Below, one piece after another: positions 18,317 to 26,025 of a stretch of DNA of 42,167 nt. The stretch spans positions 1 to 42,167 of the IMG/VR virus record IMGVR_UViG_3300032288_001600; one strand, 5' to 3'. The DNA is from a virus. Taxonomy: Duplodnaviria; Caudoviricetes. Under the pieces are notes generated by a model, which was not told where the DNA came from, searched no databases, and worked only from the letters and a program-made list of their open reading frames with translations. The translations under genes were made by a program, and so were the position numbers. Positions within the stretch are counted from its first letter, which is position 1, and every line of letters starts with the position of its first letter.

Positions 18317-18397
18317 TCAAGCAAAACAGAGCACTACAGCAGCACAGAAAAGCACGCCGCAAACGAAGCCATAGGTGAAGTGGTTGTAATCGCGCAT
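18317..18397 (-). CDS. 26-aa hydrophobic micropeptide (MRDYNHFTYGFVCGVLFCAAVVLCFA)
   Basis: AGGAG RBS directly after the helicase stop; single TM-like segment; too short for the ORF track. Confidence 0.55.
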   Translation of the reverse strand: MRDYNHFTYGFVCGVLFCAAVVLCFA

Positions 18398-18406
18398 GAA
18401 AGTCTC

Positions 18407-19999
18407 CTAGTCGTGGATTGAGGTTTCCTCAATTTCAAAGGTGTAGCCTTTGATCTCGGGGTACTTGGTTGCGAAGTTCACGAGGATCTTCGTGGGGGTG
18501 GCCAACTCGTCGCTCATGCGTAGAGCTTGATTGACCAGAATGGGGGCGGGCAGGTCGCAGCGCTTGTTCCACCAGGCGACTGCCTTGCTGCGAGCGTAAC
18601 CCTGGTGCTCCAGGCACACGTACTCGGACACCGAGCGGATGCCGCAGTAGTAGGTCACGCGCAGCGTGTCGACACCGCTCTTGCCGTGGTGTCGCATGTA
18701 CTCCACCTTGCTGACCGTCATCTCGACCGGGGGCACTTCGGTGGACAGGATCGCGCCGACGTGGTGCACCTTCTCTGCCTCGCGCTCGATCACCGGGAAC
18801 TTGAACCCACACTCGGGGCAGGTCTGAGACATAATCGGCACATGGCTCGAGCAAGTCGGGCAGGTCTTAACCGGGGCTTCTCCGGGTGGGCCTTTTTTAC
18901 CCTTGCGCGGGGGGATCACCTGATCGATGAAACCGTGTCGGCGTACATTCCCCCCAAAATCCAGGACCAGGCAGTCGGCCTTGCCCTCATGCAGGCGCAG
19001 CCCACGGCCCACCATCTGCACGTACAGGCCAGGTGAAAGGGTAGGGCGCAGCATCACCACAGCGTCGGTGGCCGGGTGATCAAAGCCCGTGGTCAGGATC
19101 GAGCAGTTGACCAGGGCACGCAGCTCGCCAGACTTAAACCTGCGGATCTGTTCGTCGCGCTCGGTGTTGGACATCTCCCCGCTCACGTAGGAGCTGGCGA
19201 TGCCGCGACGACCCAATGCTGCGGCCATTTGGCTGGCGTGCTCCACGGTCACACAGAAGATCAACCAGGCCTCGCGCTGCGCACAGCGCTGCACGATCAG
19301 CTCCGCGTGATGCTCGACCAGCTTGATGGCGCTCATGCGCTCACCCAACTGGCCCAGGTTGTACTCGCCACCTACGGTGCGCACGCCTTCCAGGTCGACA
19401 TCGTCGCCGTGCTTGGAGGTCAGGTTGGACAAGAAGCCCTGGCCAATCAGGTCGGCCACGTTGGCCTCGTAGCTGATGCCGTCGAAGAGCGCCCCATCTC
19501 CCTCGTGCAATACCCCCGAGTCCAAGCGATAAGGGGTCGCCGTGAGGCCGATCAGCTTGGTGTAGGGGTTAGCCGCCAGGCACGCGTCCAGGAGCTTCCT
19601 GTACATGCCATCGCTCTTGTGTGGGATCAGGTGCGCCTCATCGATGATGATGAGATCAAAGCGCCCATGGAACTGGGTCTTGTTGTAGATCGACTGGATG
19701 CTGGCCACGGTCACGGGCTTCAACTGTCGCTTGCCCAGGCCTGCCGAGTAGATGCCCACGGGCGCATGGGGCCACACACGCTTGATGGCCTTGGCGTCTT
19801 GCTCGACCAGCTCCTTCACATGCGTCACCACCAAGATCTGGGTGTCGTGGTATTCGGAGCAGGCGCGTCGAATGAACTCAGCGAGGATCACCGACTTGCC
19901 GCTGCCGGTGGGCGTGACGATCAGCGGGGCATTCTTGCCCGCACCGAACCAGTCGTAGATCGACTGGATGGCGTCGGTTTGATACTCGCGAAGTTTCAT
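18407..19999 (-). CDS. SF2 DEAH helicase with Zn finger (RadD/YejH-like)
   Basis: LREYQ, PTGSGKS, DEAH, TATP, LTTGFD, QMVGRGLR, CPTC…CPEC. Confidence 0.92.
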   Translation of the reverse strand: MKLREYQTDAIQSIYDWFGAGKNAPLIVTPTGSGKSVILAEFIRRACSEYHDTQILVVTHVKELVEQDAKAIKRVWPHAPVGIYSAGLGKRQLKPVTVASIQSIYNKTQFHGRFDLIIIDEAHLIPHKSDGMYRKLLDACLAANPYTKLIGLTATPYRLDSGVLHEGDGALFDGISYEANVADLIGQGFLSNLTSKHGDDVDLEGVRTVGGEYNLGQLGERMSAIKLVEHHAELIVQRCAQREAWLIFCVTVEHASQMAAALGRRGIASSYVSGEMSNTERDEQIRRFKSGELRALVNCSILTTGFDHPATDAVVMLRPTLSPGLYVQMVGRGLRLHEGKADCLVLDFGGNVRRHGFIDQVIPPRKGKKGPPGEAPVKTCPTCSSHVPIMSQTCPECGFKFPVIEREAEKVHHVGAILSTEVPPVEMTVSKVEYMRHHGKSGVDTLRVTYYCGIRSVSEYVCLEHQGYARSKAVAWWNKRCDLPAPILVNQALRMSDELATPTKILVNFATKYPEIKGYTFEIEETSIHD

Positions 20000-20310
20000 T
20001 TGTCGTTCAGTGTTTCGTCGCTGCCCATCACGCCGTCGACGATCTCGCCTGCGATGGCGAAGTAGCCAATGCCGTCGACGATGTTGTCCTTGTGGTTAGG
20101 GTTGACCTGCATGCGTGCGATCTTGAAGAGCACCATCATCATGGCCACATCAGCGGCATCGATGGCGACGTCCTTCTCCATCTCACCTGAGAGGTACACC
20201 GACCAGTACTCAGCGATCAGGGCGTGCGTGTTCTCGGGTGCGCCGTGGATGTTCTGGCGGTCGCGGCAGATGGTCTGCTCTGCTTGTTGTAGGTACTGGG
20301 CGCGGTTCAT
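19996..20310 (-). CDS. DUF6378-like phage protein
   Basis: DRQNIHGAPE…IAEYWSVYL…DVAMMMVLFKIAR…HKDNIVDGIGY motif pattern. Confidence 0.75.
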   Translation of the reverse strand: MNRAQYLQQAEQTICRDRQNIHGAPENTHALIAEYWSVYLSGEMEKDVAIDAADVAMMMVLFKIARMQVNPNHKDNIVDGIGYFAIAGEIVDGVMGSDETLNDK

Positions 20311-20320
20311 TGGAGTCTCC

Positions 20321-21424
20321 TCAGAATGGGGGTTGGTCGTTGTTCTTTGATCCCACGATGCGCGAGTCGGGGAACTCTTGCTTGATCTGGGCGGTGAGTG
20401 CGTCGTTGACGATGCTGCGCACAGTCAGTGGCAGCTCGGCGCTGGTGAGGCACATGACGATGTCGTTGGTCATGTTCTCCTCGCTGCGGTCGGCATCCTC
20501 GGTGACGTTGGCAAAGATCACGCCGCTGTCGCGGTCGCGGTACTTGATCCAGTCGCTGCCTGCATCGAGCGGCTCGGCCCAGTTGATGAGCGGTGGAATG
20601 AATAGATGCGAGCGGCATCCAATGCGCTGCTCGTCATAGGAGAGCAGGCGCTGCTGTGATGCGCACGACCACTTGGCATCGGCCACCGGGGAGGCGTGCA
20701 CGCAGGTGCGGCAGTTCTTCTGCGCCACCTGCTCGGTGTGACACACATCGTAGTGGTCGCAGAACTTGCACAGATACCAGGCCGGGTTGTCGTTGATGCG
20801 TGGCGGTGGCTCATCGGCATCGATGATCTGCTGGGCCTTGGCCAGCAATTCGTCGAAGACCTTCTTGTCAAAGTGAATCCACTCGCTCCACAGCTCGTCG
20901 GTGTTCTTGTTCACCGCGAGGTAAAGCGCACGCTCCAGCTCGGCCAGGCCCATGTAGAGAATCATCTGAGCGTAGTGCTCGGGCTTGTGCTCTTGCACGC
21001 CCTTGGCGACCAGCTCCTTGAAGGACTTCTCGCCGTGGGTCTTGAACTCGATGATGGCCCAGGTCTTGGGAGCCTCTGGCAGGCCGCGACCAATGGCGTC
21101 GCACGATCCACCCAGGTGACCATTGACCGCAGCGAAGCGGTGCTGCTGCTTGGTGTCGGGGTCTTTGTCGTACACCTCCGCACCGATGCCGCGCAGCTCA
21201 TCGAGGAAGCGCACTTCCTCGCGGTGGCCGGTGTTGAACAAGCGCTTCATGCGGCCATCGAACTGCTTGGCGCTGGCCCAGCGGAACGAATACCACAGGG
21301 CACGCTTGCACTCTTTGCCAAGCTGAGAGCAGCCCAGGTGTGGCCTGGGTGCGTCGTCTTGCGAGTCGTACCAGCGCACGATGGCGTCGCTGGTGGTGTT
21401 CATCTGGGCGGGGATCTTGGCCAT
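20321..21424 (-). CDS. Cas4-like PD-(D/E)XK exonuclease
   Basis: HLGCSQLGKECKRALWY; GSCDAI…IEFKT; HYAQMILY; C-terminal CKFC…C cluster. Confidence 0.85.
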   Translation of the reverse strand: MAKIPAQMNTTSDAIVRWYDSQDDAPRPHLGCSQLGKECKRALWYSFRWASAKQFDGRMKRLFNTGHREEVRFLDELRGIGAEVYDKDPDTKQQHRFAAVNGHLGGSCDAIGRGLPEAPKTWAIIEFKTHGEKSFKELVAKGVQEHKPEHYAQMILYMGLAELERALYLAVNKNTDELWSEWIHFDKKVFDELLAKAQQIIDADEPPPRINDNPAWYLCKFCDHYDVCHTEQVAQKNCRTCVHASPVADAKWSCASQQRLLSYDEQRIGCRSHLFIPPLINWAEPLDAGSDWIKYRDRDSGVIFANVTEDADRSEENMTNDIVMCLTSAELPLTVRSIVNDALTAQIKQEFPDSRIVGSKNNDQPPF

Positions 21425-21425
21425 G

Positions 21426-21638
21426 TCAGTTGGGCACAAAGATCTTGCTGTTGCCACCGGTCATGACGATGGGTGAGTCTTCCTCGAGCGCACCGGTGAT
21501 GGCGTTCAACGCGACCGCACCCATGCGCTGCGCTTGCGTGAAGTCTTGCTGACCAGGCACAACCACCGGGTCGGTGATCATGCGAACGTCGACCGATCCC
21601 TCGGCGGTGTCTTGAACTGTGATGATGATGATGGCCAT
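21426..21638 (-). CDS. Hypothetical protein (70 aa)
   Basis: Fills the gap between neighbouring minus-strand genes in the early operon. Confidence 0.6.
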   Translation of the reverse strand: MAIIIITVQDTAEGSVDVRMITDPVVVPGQQDFTQAQRMGAVALNAITGALEEDSPIVMTGGNSKIFVPN

Positions 21639-21647
21639 GGCGTGCTT

Positions 21648-21896
21648 TCAGAGTTTGTATTTCGGGGCGCAAGTCACATCGACAACGATGTCAGCGGTGA
21701 AGCCATTGATCTTGCGTTTGGTGTAGATGACAACGGCGCGGGTGTTGTTGGCCTCGCATTCGTTGATGGCGAGGATGACCTCGTTGCGTGACATGCCCTG
21801 AATGTCCTTGTCCAGGGTCAGCGTTTGTTCGACGGGCTTGGTTGTGATGCAGGCGGAAAGCAAAAGCAACAGCGCCGGGGCGAGAATTATTTTCAT
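21648..21896 (-). CDS. Small lipoprotein (82 aa)
   Basis: GGAGGA RBS; signal peptide MKIILAPALLLLLSAC with lipobox LSAC. Confidence 0.75.
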   Translation of the reverse strand: MKIILAPALLLLLSACITTKPVEQTLTLDKDIQGMSRNEVILAINECEANNTRAVVIYTKRKINGFTADIVVDVTCAPKYKL

Positions 21897-21913
21897 GTTG
21901 TCCTCCGGGAGAT

Positions 21914-21929
21914 GGGGGCCGAAGCCCCC
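21914..21929 (-). other. GC hairpin with UUCG loop and no U-tract (mRNA-stabilising or pause element)
   Basis: GGGGGC-TTCG-GCCCCC on the minus strand just after the ssb stop codon. Confidence 0.55.
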
Positions 21930-21936
21930 GGGTTGA

Positions 21937-22437
21937 TCACGCTGCGGCTTTTTTCTTCCACACCGGTGTGCCACCACCGGCTGCTGGCGCATTGACTGCG
22001 GGTTGCATGGGGGCGGGTGCAGCGGCGGGAGCCGATACACCACCAGAGGCCGCGCTGTAGGACTTGACGCGGTTTTGCGCCTCGTACCCATCGCGACCGT
22101 CCTCGATGGTCACATCGAGCACCAGTGGGATGTTGTGGAGCTGTTCGCTGTCGGTCAGGTGCAGCACGTTGGTGGCCATGCACAAGGCGTTCAAAGACTC
22201 CATCGCGATCTTCTCAGCGGTCTTGTTCTGGTTGCGGATGTTCAAGCGGTCGAAGATCTTGCGACCTTTGCCGCTGCCATCGATCACCTCAAAGGTGATC
22301 TGCAAGTACTCGCCGGTCATGTTCTTGGTCTTCTTCATTTCGCTGGCAATGGCCATGCACAGGTACTTGCCCTTGGGGAGCACGTCGTAGGTGTTGGTGG
22401 GCATTGAGGGGTCGGCTTGGTAGTTGAGTTGTGCCAT
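21937..22437 (-). CDS. Single-stranded DNA-binding protein (DUF669-like)
   Basis: YDVLPKGKY…GEYLQITFEVIDG…GRKIFDRLN…QNRVKSY, Ala/Pro tail ending PVWKK; lies beside a Sak4-like ATPase. Confidence 0.85.
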   Translation of the reverse strand: MAQLNYQADPSMPTNTYDVLPKGKYLCMAIASEMKKTKNMTGEYLQITFEVIDGSGKGRKIFDRLNIRNQNKTAEKIAMESLNALCMATNVLHLTDSEQLHNIPLVLDVTIEDGRDGYEAQNRVKSYSAASGGVSAPAAAPAPMQPAVNAPAAGGGTPVWKKKAAA

Positions 22438-22458
22438 GGTGAAAGTTCCTTTGGTTGG

Positions 22459-23196
22459 TTAGTTGGCGGGGGTGATGGCGGACGAGAATGCGTCCCACGT
22501 CAGCGGCATGCTGTCGGGCAGGCCGTAACGATTCTTGGCGAGGTATGCGGGCTTCTCGTTGGCGTACATCAGGCGCTCACCGGTGGTGATGCCGCGACGC
22601 ACTTCCTTGTTGAAGCCGACCTCAGTTTCTTTCGTGAGCACGCGGTAGTTGCAGAACAACACCGCGTCGCACCACTCTTGCACCAGGGCCGAGCTGCGGG
22701 CCTGGAGCTTGGGTTGGTAGCGCTCGTAGGGTTCGGTCTCGGGCGAGTCAAAGCGCTTGATCTCGGTGTGTGCGATCAGCACGCTGGCCATGCCCTTGTC
22801 ATCGCGCAGCGCAGCCAGGCCATCGAGGATGTTTCGCCAGTAGTCGGCAGCGATCACCGCGCCCTTGCCGTAGGCCAGCTCCTTGGCGTCGTGCTTGGCG
22901 TTGATGTCCACCCAAATCAGGTTGTCCAACCAGTCCAGCGAGTCGATGACGACCGTGCCGAACTTGTGATCTTCCGAATACAGTGTGCTAATCGCATCAA
23001 GCACGTCCTGGTAAGAGGTGGCCAGGGGGAAGTGATCGATCTCCAAGCGGCCCAGGCCGTCCTCGGTGAGGATAAAAATCGGGTCGGGTGCACCGGCTCC
23101 GAAGGTGGTCTTGCCAAGGCCGTGCGGCCCGTAGATCATCACGCGGGGGGCTTTGACGCCCTCGCTGCGCTTGATCGAGTTCAAGTTGAATGCCAT
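22459..23196 (-). CDS. Sak4-like AAA ATPase (AAA_24) annealing recombinase
   Basis: IYGPHGLGKTT, VVIDSLDWL, EWCDAVLF, AKNRYGLP. Confidence 0.88.
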   Translation of the reverse strand: MAFNLNSIKRSEGVKAPRVMIYGPHGLGKTTFGAGAPDPIFILTEDGLGRLEIDHFPLATSYQDVLDAISTLYSEDHKFGTVVIDSLDWLDNLIWVDINAKHDAKELAYGKGAVIAADYWRNILDGLAALRDDKGMASVLIAHTEIKRFDSPETEPYERYQPKLQARSSALVQEWCDAVLFCNYRVLTKETEVGFNKEVRRGITTGERLMYANEKPAYLAKNRYGLPDSMPLTWDAFSSAITPAN

Positions 23197-23227
23197 GTTG
23201 AATTCCTTTCAGTTGGCGGGTTGGTGG

Positions 23228-23620
23228 TTAGGCTTTGATTGACACAGCGGTCTTGGCTGGCGCGACGGTGATGGCTTTGGCCAGCATCGCCCAGACTTCG
23301 GGTTCGTTGTTCTTGAGGAACTTGGCACCGGTCTCGTCGAGTTTGGTTTCGACTTTCAGCGGGCGCATGTTGGCGGGCAGCGCACCGCAGATCTGCATGA
23401 GCTGATCCATGTCCGCTTTGTAGGTGAGCTTGCCGGTGATGGTGACCTTGAGGCCGTTGCCCAGTTCGTGGGTTTCAGCGCCTTCTTCGCGGTTGCCAAA
23501 GAGCGCAATGATTTGCTCCTCGATCTGCACGCGTTGTTTGTTGGCCTCGGCTTCGGCCTTCTTGGCAGCAACCAGTTGCTCGACGAGTTGCTCGGGGGTG
23601 ATGTTCAGTTTGGTAGCCAT
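23228..23620 (-). CDS. Hypothetical protein of the recombination module
   Basis: AAAGGA RBS, ATG at 23620; coiled-coil N-terminus; first gene after an operator-controlled promoter. Confidence 0.8.
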   Translation of the reverse strand: MATKLNITPEQLVEQLVAAKKAEAEANKQRVQIEEQIIALFGNREEGAETHELGNGLKVTITGKLTYKADMDQLMQICGALPANMRPLKVETKLDETGAKFLKNNEPEVWAMLAKAITVAPAKTAVSIKA

Positions 23621-23666
23621 GGTGTTTCCTTTCGTTTGTTGCGTGGCTGTCATTACCACGATGGGG

Positions 23667-23696
23667 ATCATACATGATGTTGAGTTAATCCCAACA
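23667..23696 (-). promoter_or_regulatory. Early leftward promoter with 19-bp operator
   Basis: Operator TGTTGAGTTAATCCCAACA (23678-23696); minus strand TTGGGA-N16-TATGAT. Confidence 0.7.
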
Positions 23697-23712
23697 TCGA
23701 GGTCAAAAAAAG

Positions 23713-24090
23713 TCAGAAGTTCGTGAAGCGGTTGATGTCGAAGCCATCGGGCCAGTCGCCCAGGCGCGGGCCAATCAGGTCGCCTTTGCCGCTGCGTGGC
23801 AGGTACATGGCAATGCAGTCTTGCTCGAGCGTCTCGGCCATCGCGTAGATCAGCGAGCGAATCGAGTAGACCATGTTGCCCTGGACGTTCACGCGCACCA
23901 CCAGGTTCTGGTGCAGCTCGATCTGGTCAAGGGTAGGGTGCTCGACCTCGATGTCGTGGCGGCGTGCCTCGACCGGCCCCAGGCCTGCGGCGTCCAAGAT
24001 GTCGAGCGCCAGGCTGGCGCGGCGTTGCGCGTCGGCCAGGCTGTTGCGTGCTCCGCGCACGTCCAGTCGGATGTTGAGTTCGACGATCAT
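23713..24090 (-). CDS. Early protein, weakly SAM-lyase-like (125 aa)
   Basis: AGGAGG RBS; LEQDCIAMY…GDLIGP…W..F motif. The ORF is solid; the function call is tentative. Confidence 0.6.
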   Translation of the reverse strand: MIVELNIRLDVRGARNSLADAQRRASLALDILDAAGLGPVEARRHDIEVEHPTLDQIELHQNLVVRVNVQGNMVYSIRSLIYAMAETLEQDCIAMYLPRSGKGDLIGPRLGDWPDGFDINRFTNF

Positions 24091-24308
24091 GCGCTGGCCT
24101 CCTGGTTGACGTTGACGTATTGCGAGTCGCTCCACACTTGCAGGCGCTCGATGATCACGGGGTCGCGAGTGCTGCGTTTCGCCTGGCGCAGTGCATCGGT
24201 GTGGTCCTTTGCGCCGATCATGATCCAGCCAAAGCGGCCCTGGTAGCGGTAGGACACCAGGCCGTTGACGGCCAGGGGTTTGTCGTGGATGGTGGTGGGC
24301 TGGTTCAT
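24087..24308 (-). CDS. Hypothetical early protein (73 aa)
   Basis: Translationally coupled by ATGA overlaps on both sides; SYRYQGRFGWIMIGA…ALRQAKRS. Confidence 0.7.
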   Translation of the reverse strand: MNQPTTIHDKPLAVNGLVSYRYQGRFGWIMIGAKDHTDALRQAKRSTRDPVIIERLQVWSDSQYVNVNQEASA

Positions 24309-24400
24309 GATGACCACCATGCGACGAGCAGTGCAGCCAGGCCAACGGCAATGACGATGGCCACCAGGTAGTCCAGTGCGGTTTCGGTGTAGTGGTTCAC
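24305..24400 (-). CDS. 31-aa single-TM micropeptide (MNHYTETALDYLVAIVIAVGLAALLVAWWSS)
   Basis: GTG start overlaps the upstream TGA and its TGA overlaps the downstream ATG; exactly fills the gap. Confidence 0.7.
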   Translation of the reverse strand: MNHYTETALDYLVAIVIAVGLAALLVAWWSS

Positions 24401-24840
24401 AGGCCAGCCCTCGCGATAGCCGCTTCCATGCGGTTGTTGGCACGCTCGCTCTTGATGAGCTTGGCGGCATCACGTTGCAAGCCATCAATCACGCTGTCGC
24501 GCAACAGGTCGGAGATGTCCTCGTCGCCGATGTAGGCGTGGTAGAGGTTGAAGCTGTAGGGGTCGAAATAGCAATCGAGCATGTAGGGCATGTCGGAAGG
24601 CTCGAGCTGGTAGTTGACCAGGTCATCGTGCTCGAGGTCGCGGCTGGCTTTGGCGGCTGTGTGCTTGGCGCATTTGTTGGCGTAGGCCTTGGCTTTTTCT
24701 TCGGTGTCAAACCACACAAAGGGTGGCAAGAATTCTTTGGCGTCGTCGTCGTACAGGCGGACCAAGAATGAGAAGTTGCCCTTGAAGACAATGGCGTCAA
24801 CGCCGTCGACTGCGTTGCGTGAGGTGTAGATGTTTTCCAT
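24397..24840 (-). CDS. Hypothetical early protein (147 aa), first gene of the leftward operon
   Basis: AAAGGA RBS and ATG at 24840, downstream of the operator/promoter at 24889-24918. Confidence 0.75.
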   Translation of the reverse strand: MENIYTSRNAVDGVDAIVFKGNFSFLVRLYDDDAKEFLPPFVWFDTEEKAKAYANKCAKHTAAKASRDLEHDDLVNYQLEPSDMPYMLDCYFDPYSFNLYHAYIGDEDISDLLRDSVIDGLQRDAAKLIKSERANNRMEAAIARAGL

Positions 24841-24888
24841 GTTGCTGTCCTTTCGTTTGTTACGTGGCGATGATTGCCCACGGAACGA

Positions 24889-24918
24889 ATCATACAACAT
24901 GTTGAGAATGTCTCAACA
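24889..24918 (-). promoter_or_regulatory. Early leftward promoter (PL-like) with perfectly symmetric 19-bp operator
   Basis: TGTTGAGA-ATG-TCTCAACA (24900-24918); minus strand TTGAGA-N16-TATGAT. Confidence 0.8.
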
Positions 24919-24947
24919 CTAGGGACAAACCCTTAGAACGTCTGTTT

Positions 24948-25538
24948 TCAGATGGGCTGTATCCACAGGGTGCGTGCTGTCCAGGCGATCTCTCGATTCT
25001 CGAGCACGGTGTTGTCGCAAGTGAGCAGCAGGTTGAACAAGTCCTTCTTGTACCCGCGCCGCACGATGGCCATCACGAGTCCGCCGTCCTTGAAGGCCAC
25101 CAGGCACATCTTGTCCAGGCACTCAGCGGCCTGGCCCTGTGCGCCGTCGATGAAGTAGAGCCAGCCATCTTGCGGGCTGTTGACGATGCGAAGCTGCAAG
25201 ACAAACGAGCCAGAAGGCACGTCAGCCGGGGCGTTGACCGTGTCGTGTGTGCCCCTGGGCAGCAGGCTCACCGCGCAGTGCTTGCCGATGAATCCAGCGA
25301 TGGGAACTTTCCTCACGTCGTCCATGACCTCGATGCCTGCCTGGCGCATCACCTCGGTGACCGGCAGCAGGAGGTGACCGGCAATGGCGCGGGCTTCCTC
25401 CATGGTCATGCGTCGTTTGCCCGCGAGCATGTAGGACACGCTGGCCGGATCGAGGCCCATTTTCTTGGCGAGCTGGCGCTGGGATATTCCAACGGACTTG
25501 AGTTTGTCCTTGAACCAATTCTGATCGATGGGTGGCAT
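24948..25538 (-). CDS. CI-like repressor (XRE HTH + degenerate S24-like C-terminal domain)
   Basis: GISQRQLAKKMGLDPASVSYMLAGKRRM HTH; divergent from a Cro-like gene; beta-rich C-terminal domain lacking a clear GDSM…K catalytic motif. Confidence 0.85.
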   Translation of the reverse strand: MPPIDQNWFKDKLKSVGISQRQLAKKMGLDPASVSYMLAGKRRMTMEEARAIAGHLLLPVTEVMRQAGIEVMDDVRKVPIAGFIGKHCAVSLLPRGTHDTVNAPADVPSGSFVLQLRIVNSPQDGWLYFIDGAQGQAAECLDKMCLVAFKDGGLVMAIVRRGYKKDLFNLLLTCDNTVLENREIAWTARTLWIQPI

Positions 25539-25569
25539 ACCGCAGGTGTGTTTTAGAATCCGCTCAATA

Positions 25570-25588
25570 TGTTGCGCCCCTACCAACA
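25570..25588. promoter_or_regulatory. Operator-like site in the cI-cro intergenic region
   Basis: TGTTGCGCCCCTACCAACA matches TGTTGAGA-N3-TCTCAACA at 12 of 16 positions. Confidence 0.6.
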
Positions 25589-25641
25589 TAGAGTCAAGTG
25601 TGGTCAAATTCACACTGTGTAGCAATCTGGAGAAGTCCCCC

Positions 25642-25878
25642 ATGCCAAACCCCAAACATGCAATGCAACCCGCCCGAGCGGTGATAGACCGCTTCGGTGG
25701 CTGTCGCCCATTGGCCCGCGTGCTCGACATCAATCCCTCAACGATCAGCAGATGGACTACTTCCACCGCACGACGCGGTACGAATGGACGCATCCCCCAG
25801 AAGTACTGGGGCCAGATCTGCATGGCTGCGCAGGATCAGGGGTTCACTGTCACCGTGAACGATTTGGCCGGAATGTAG
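25642..25878 (+). CDS. Cro-like HTH protein (78 aa)
   Basis: GGAG RBS; VIDRFGGCRPLARVLDINPSTISRW…GRIP; divergent from the repressor. Confidence 0.85.
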   Translation: MPNPKHAMQPARAVIDRFGGCRPLARVLDINPSTISRWTTSTARRGTNGRIPQKYWGQICMAAQDQGFTVTVNDLAGM

Positions 25879-25904
25879 AGATTTACTCAACATCGTGTAA
25901 TAAT
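25874..25904 (+). promoter_or_regulatory. Operator and putative promoter upstream of the primase-helicase
   Basis: TGTAGAGATTTACTCAACA (25874-25892, 14/16 match), followed 5 nt later by TAATAAT, the same layout as the leftward promoters. Confidence 0.65.
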
Positions 25905-26025
25905 GTAAATGCCAGCGCTGAGACCCTTGGCTGATCCCCTTGGGTTGTTGTCCTCCCTGTCCCAACTTTCAGCGCTGGCACCTTTGATCGGAGACGGACG
26001 GGAATAAAAAAAAGGACAGGTGACC

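Noticed and set aside
20321-21424. Cas4-like nuclease as a sign of a CRISPR system
   Set aside because: No repeat-spacer array or other cas genes; it is the usual exonuclease of a Sak4/SSB recombination module.
25539-25823. Long N-terminal extension of the repressor ORF given in the ORF track
   Set aside because: It overlaps the divergent cro gene and the operator region; the HTH begins right after ATG 25538.
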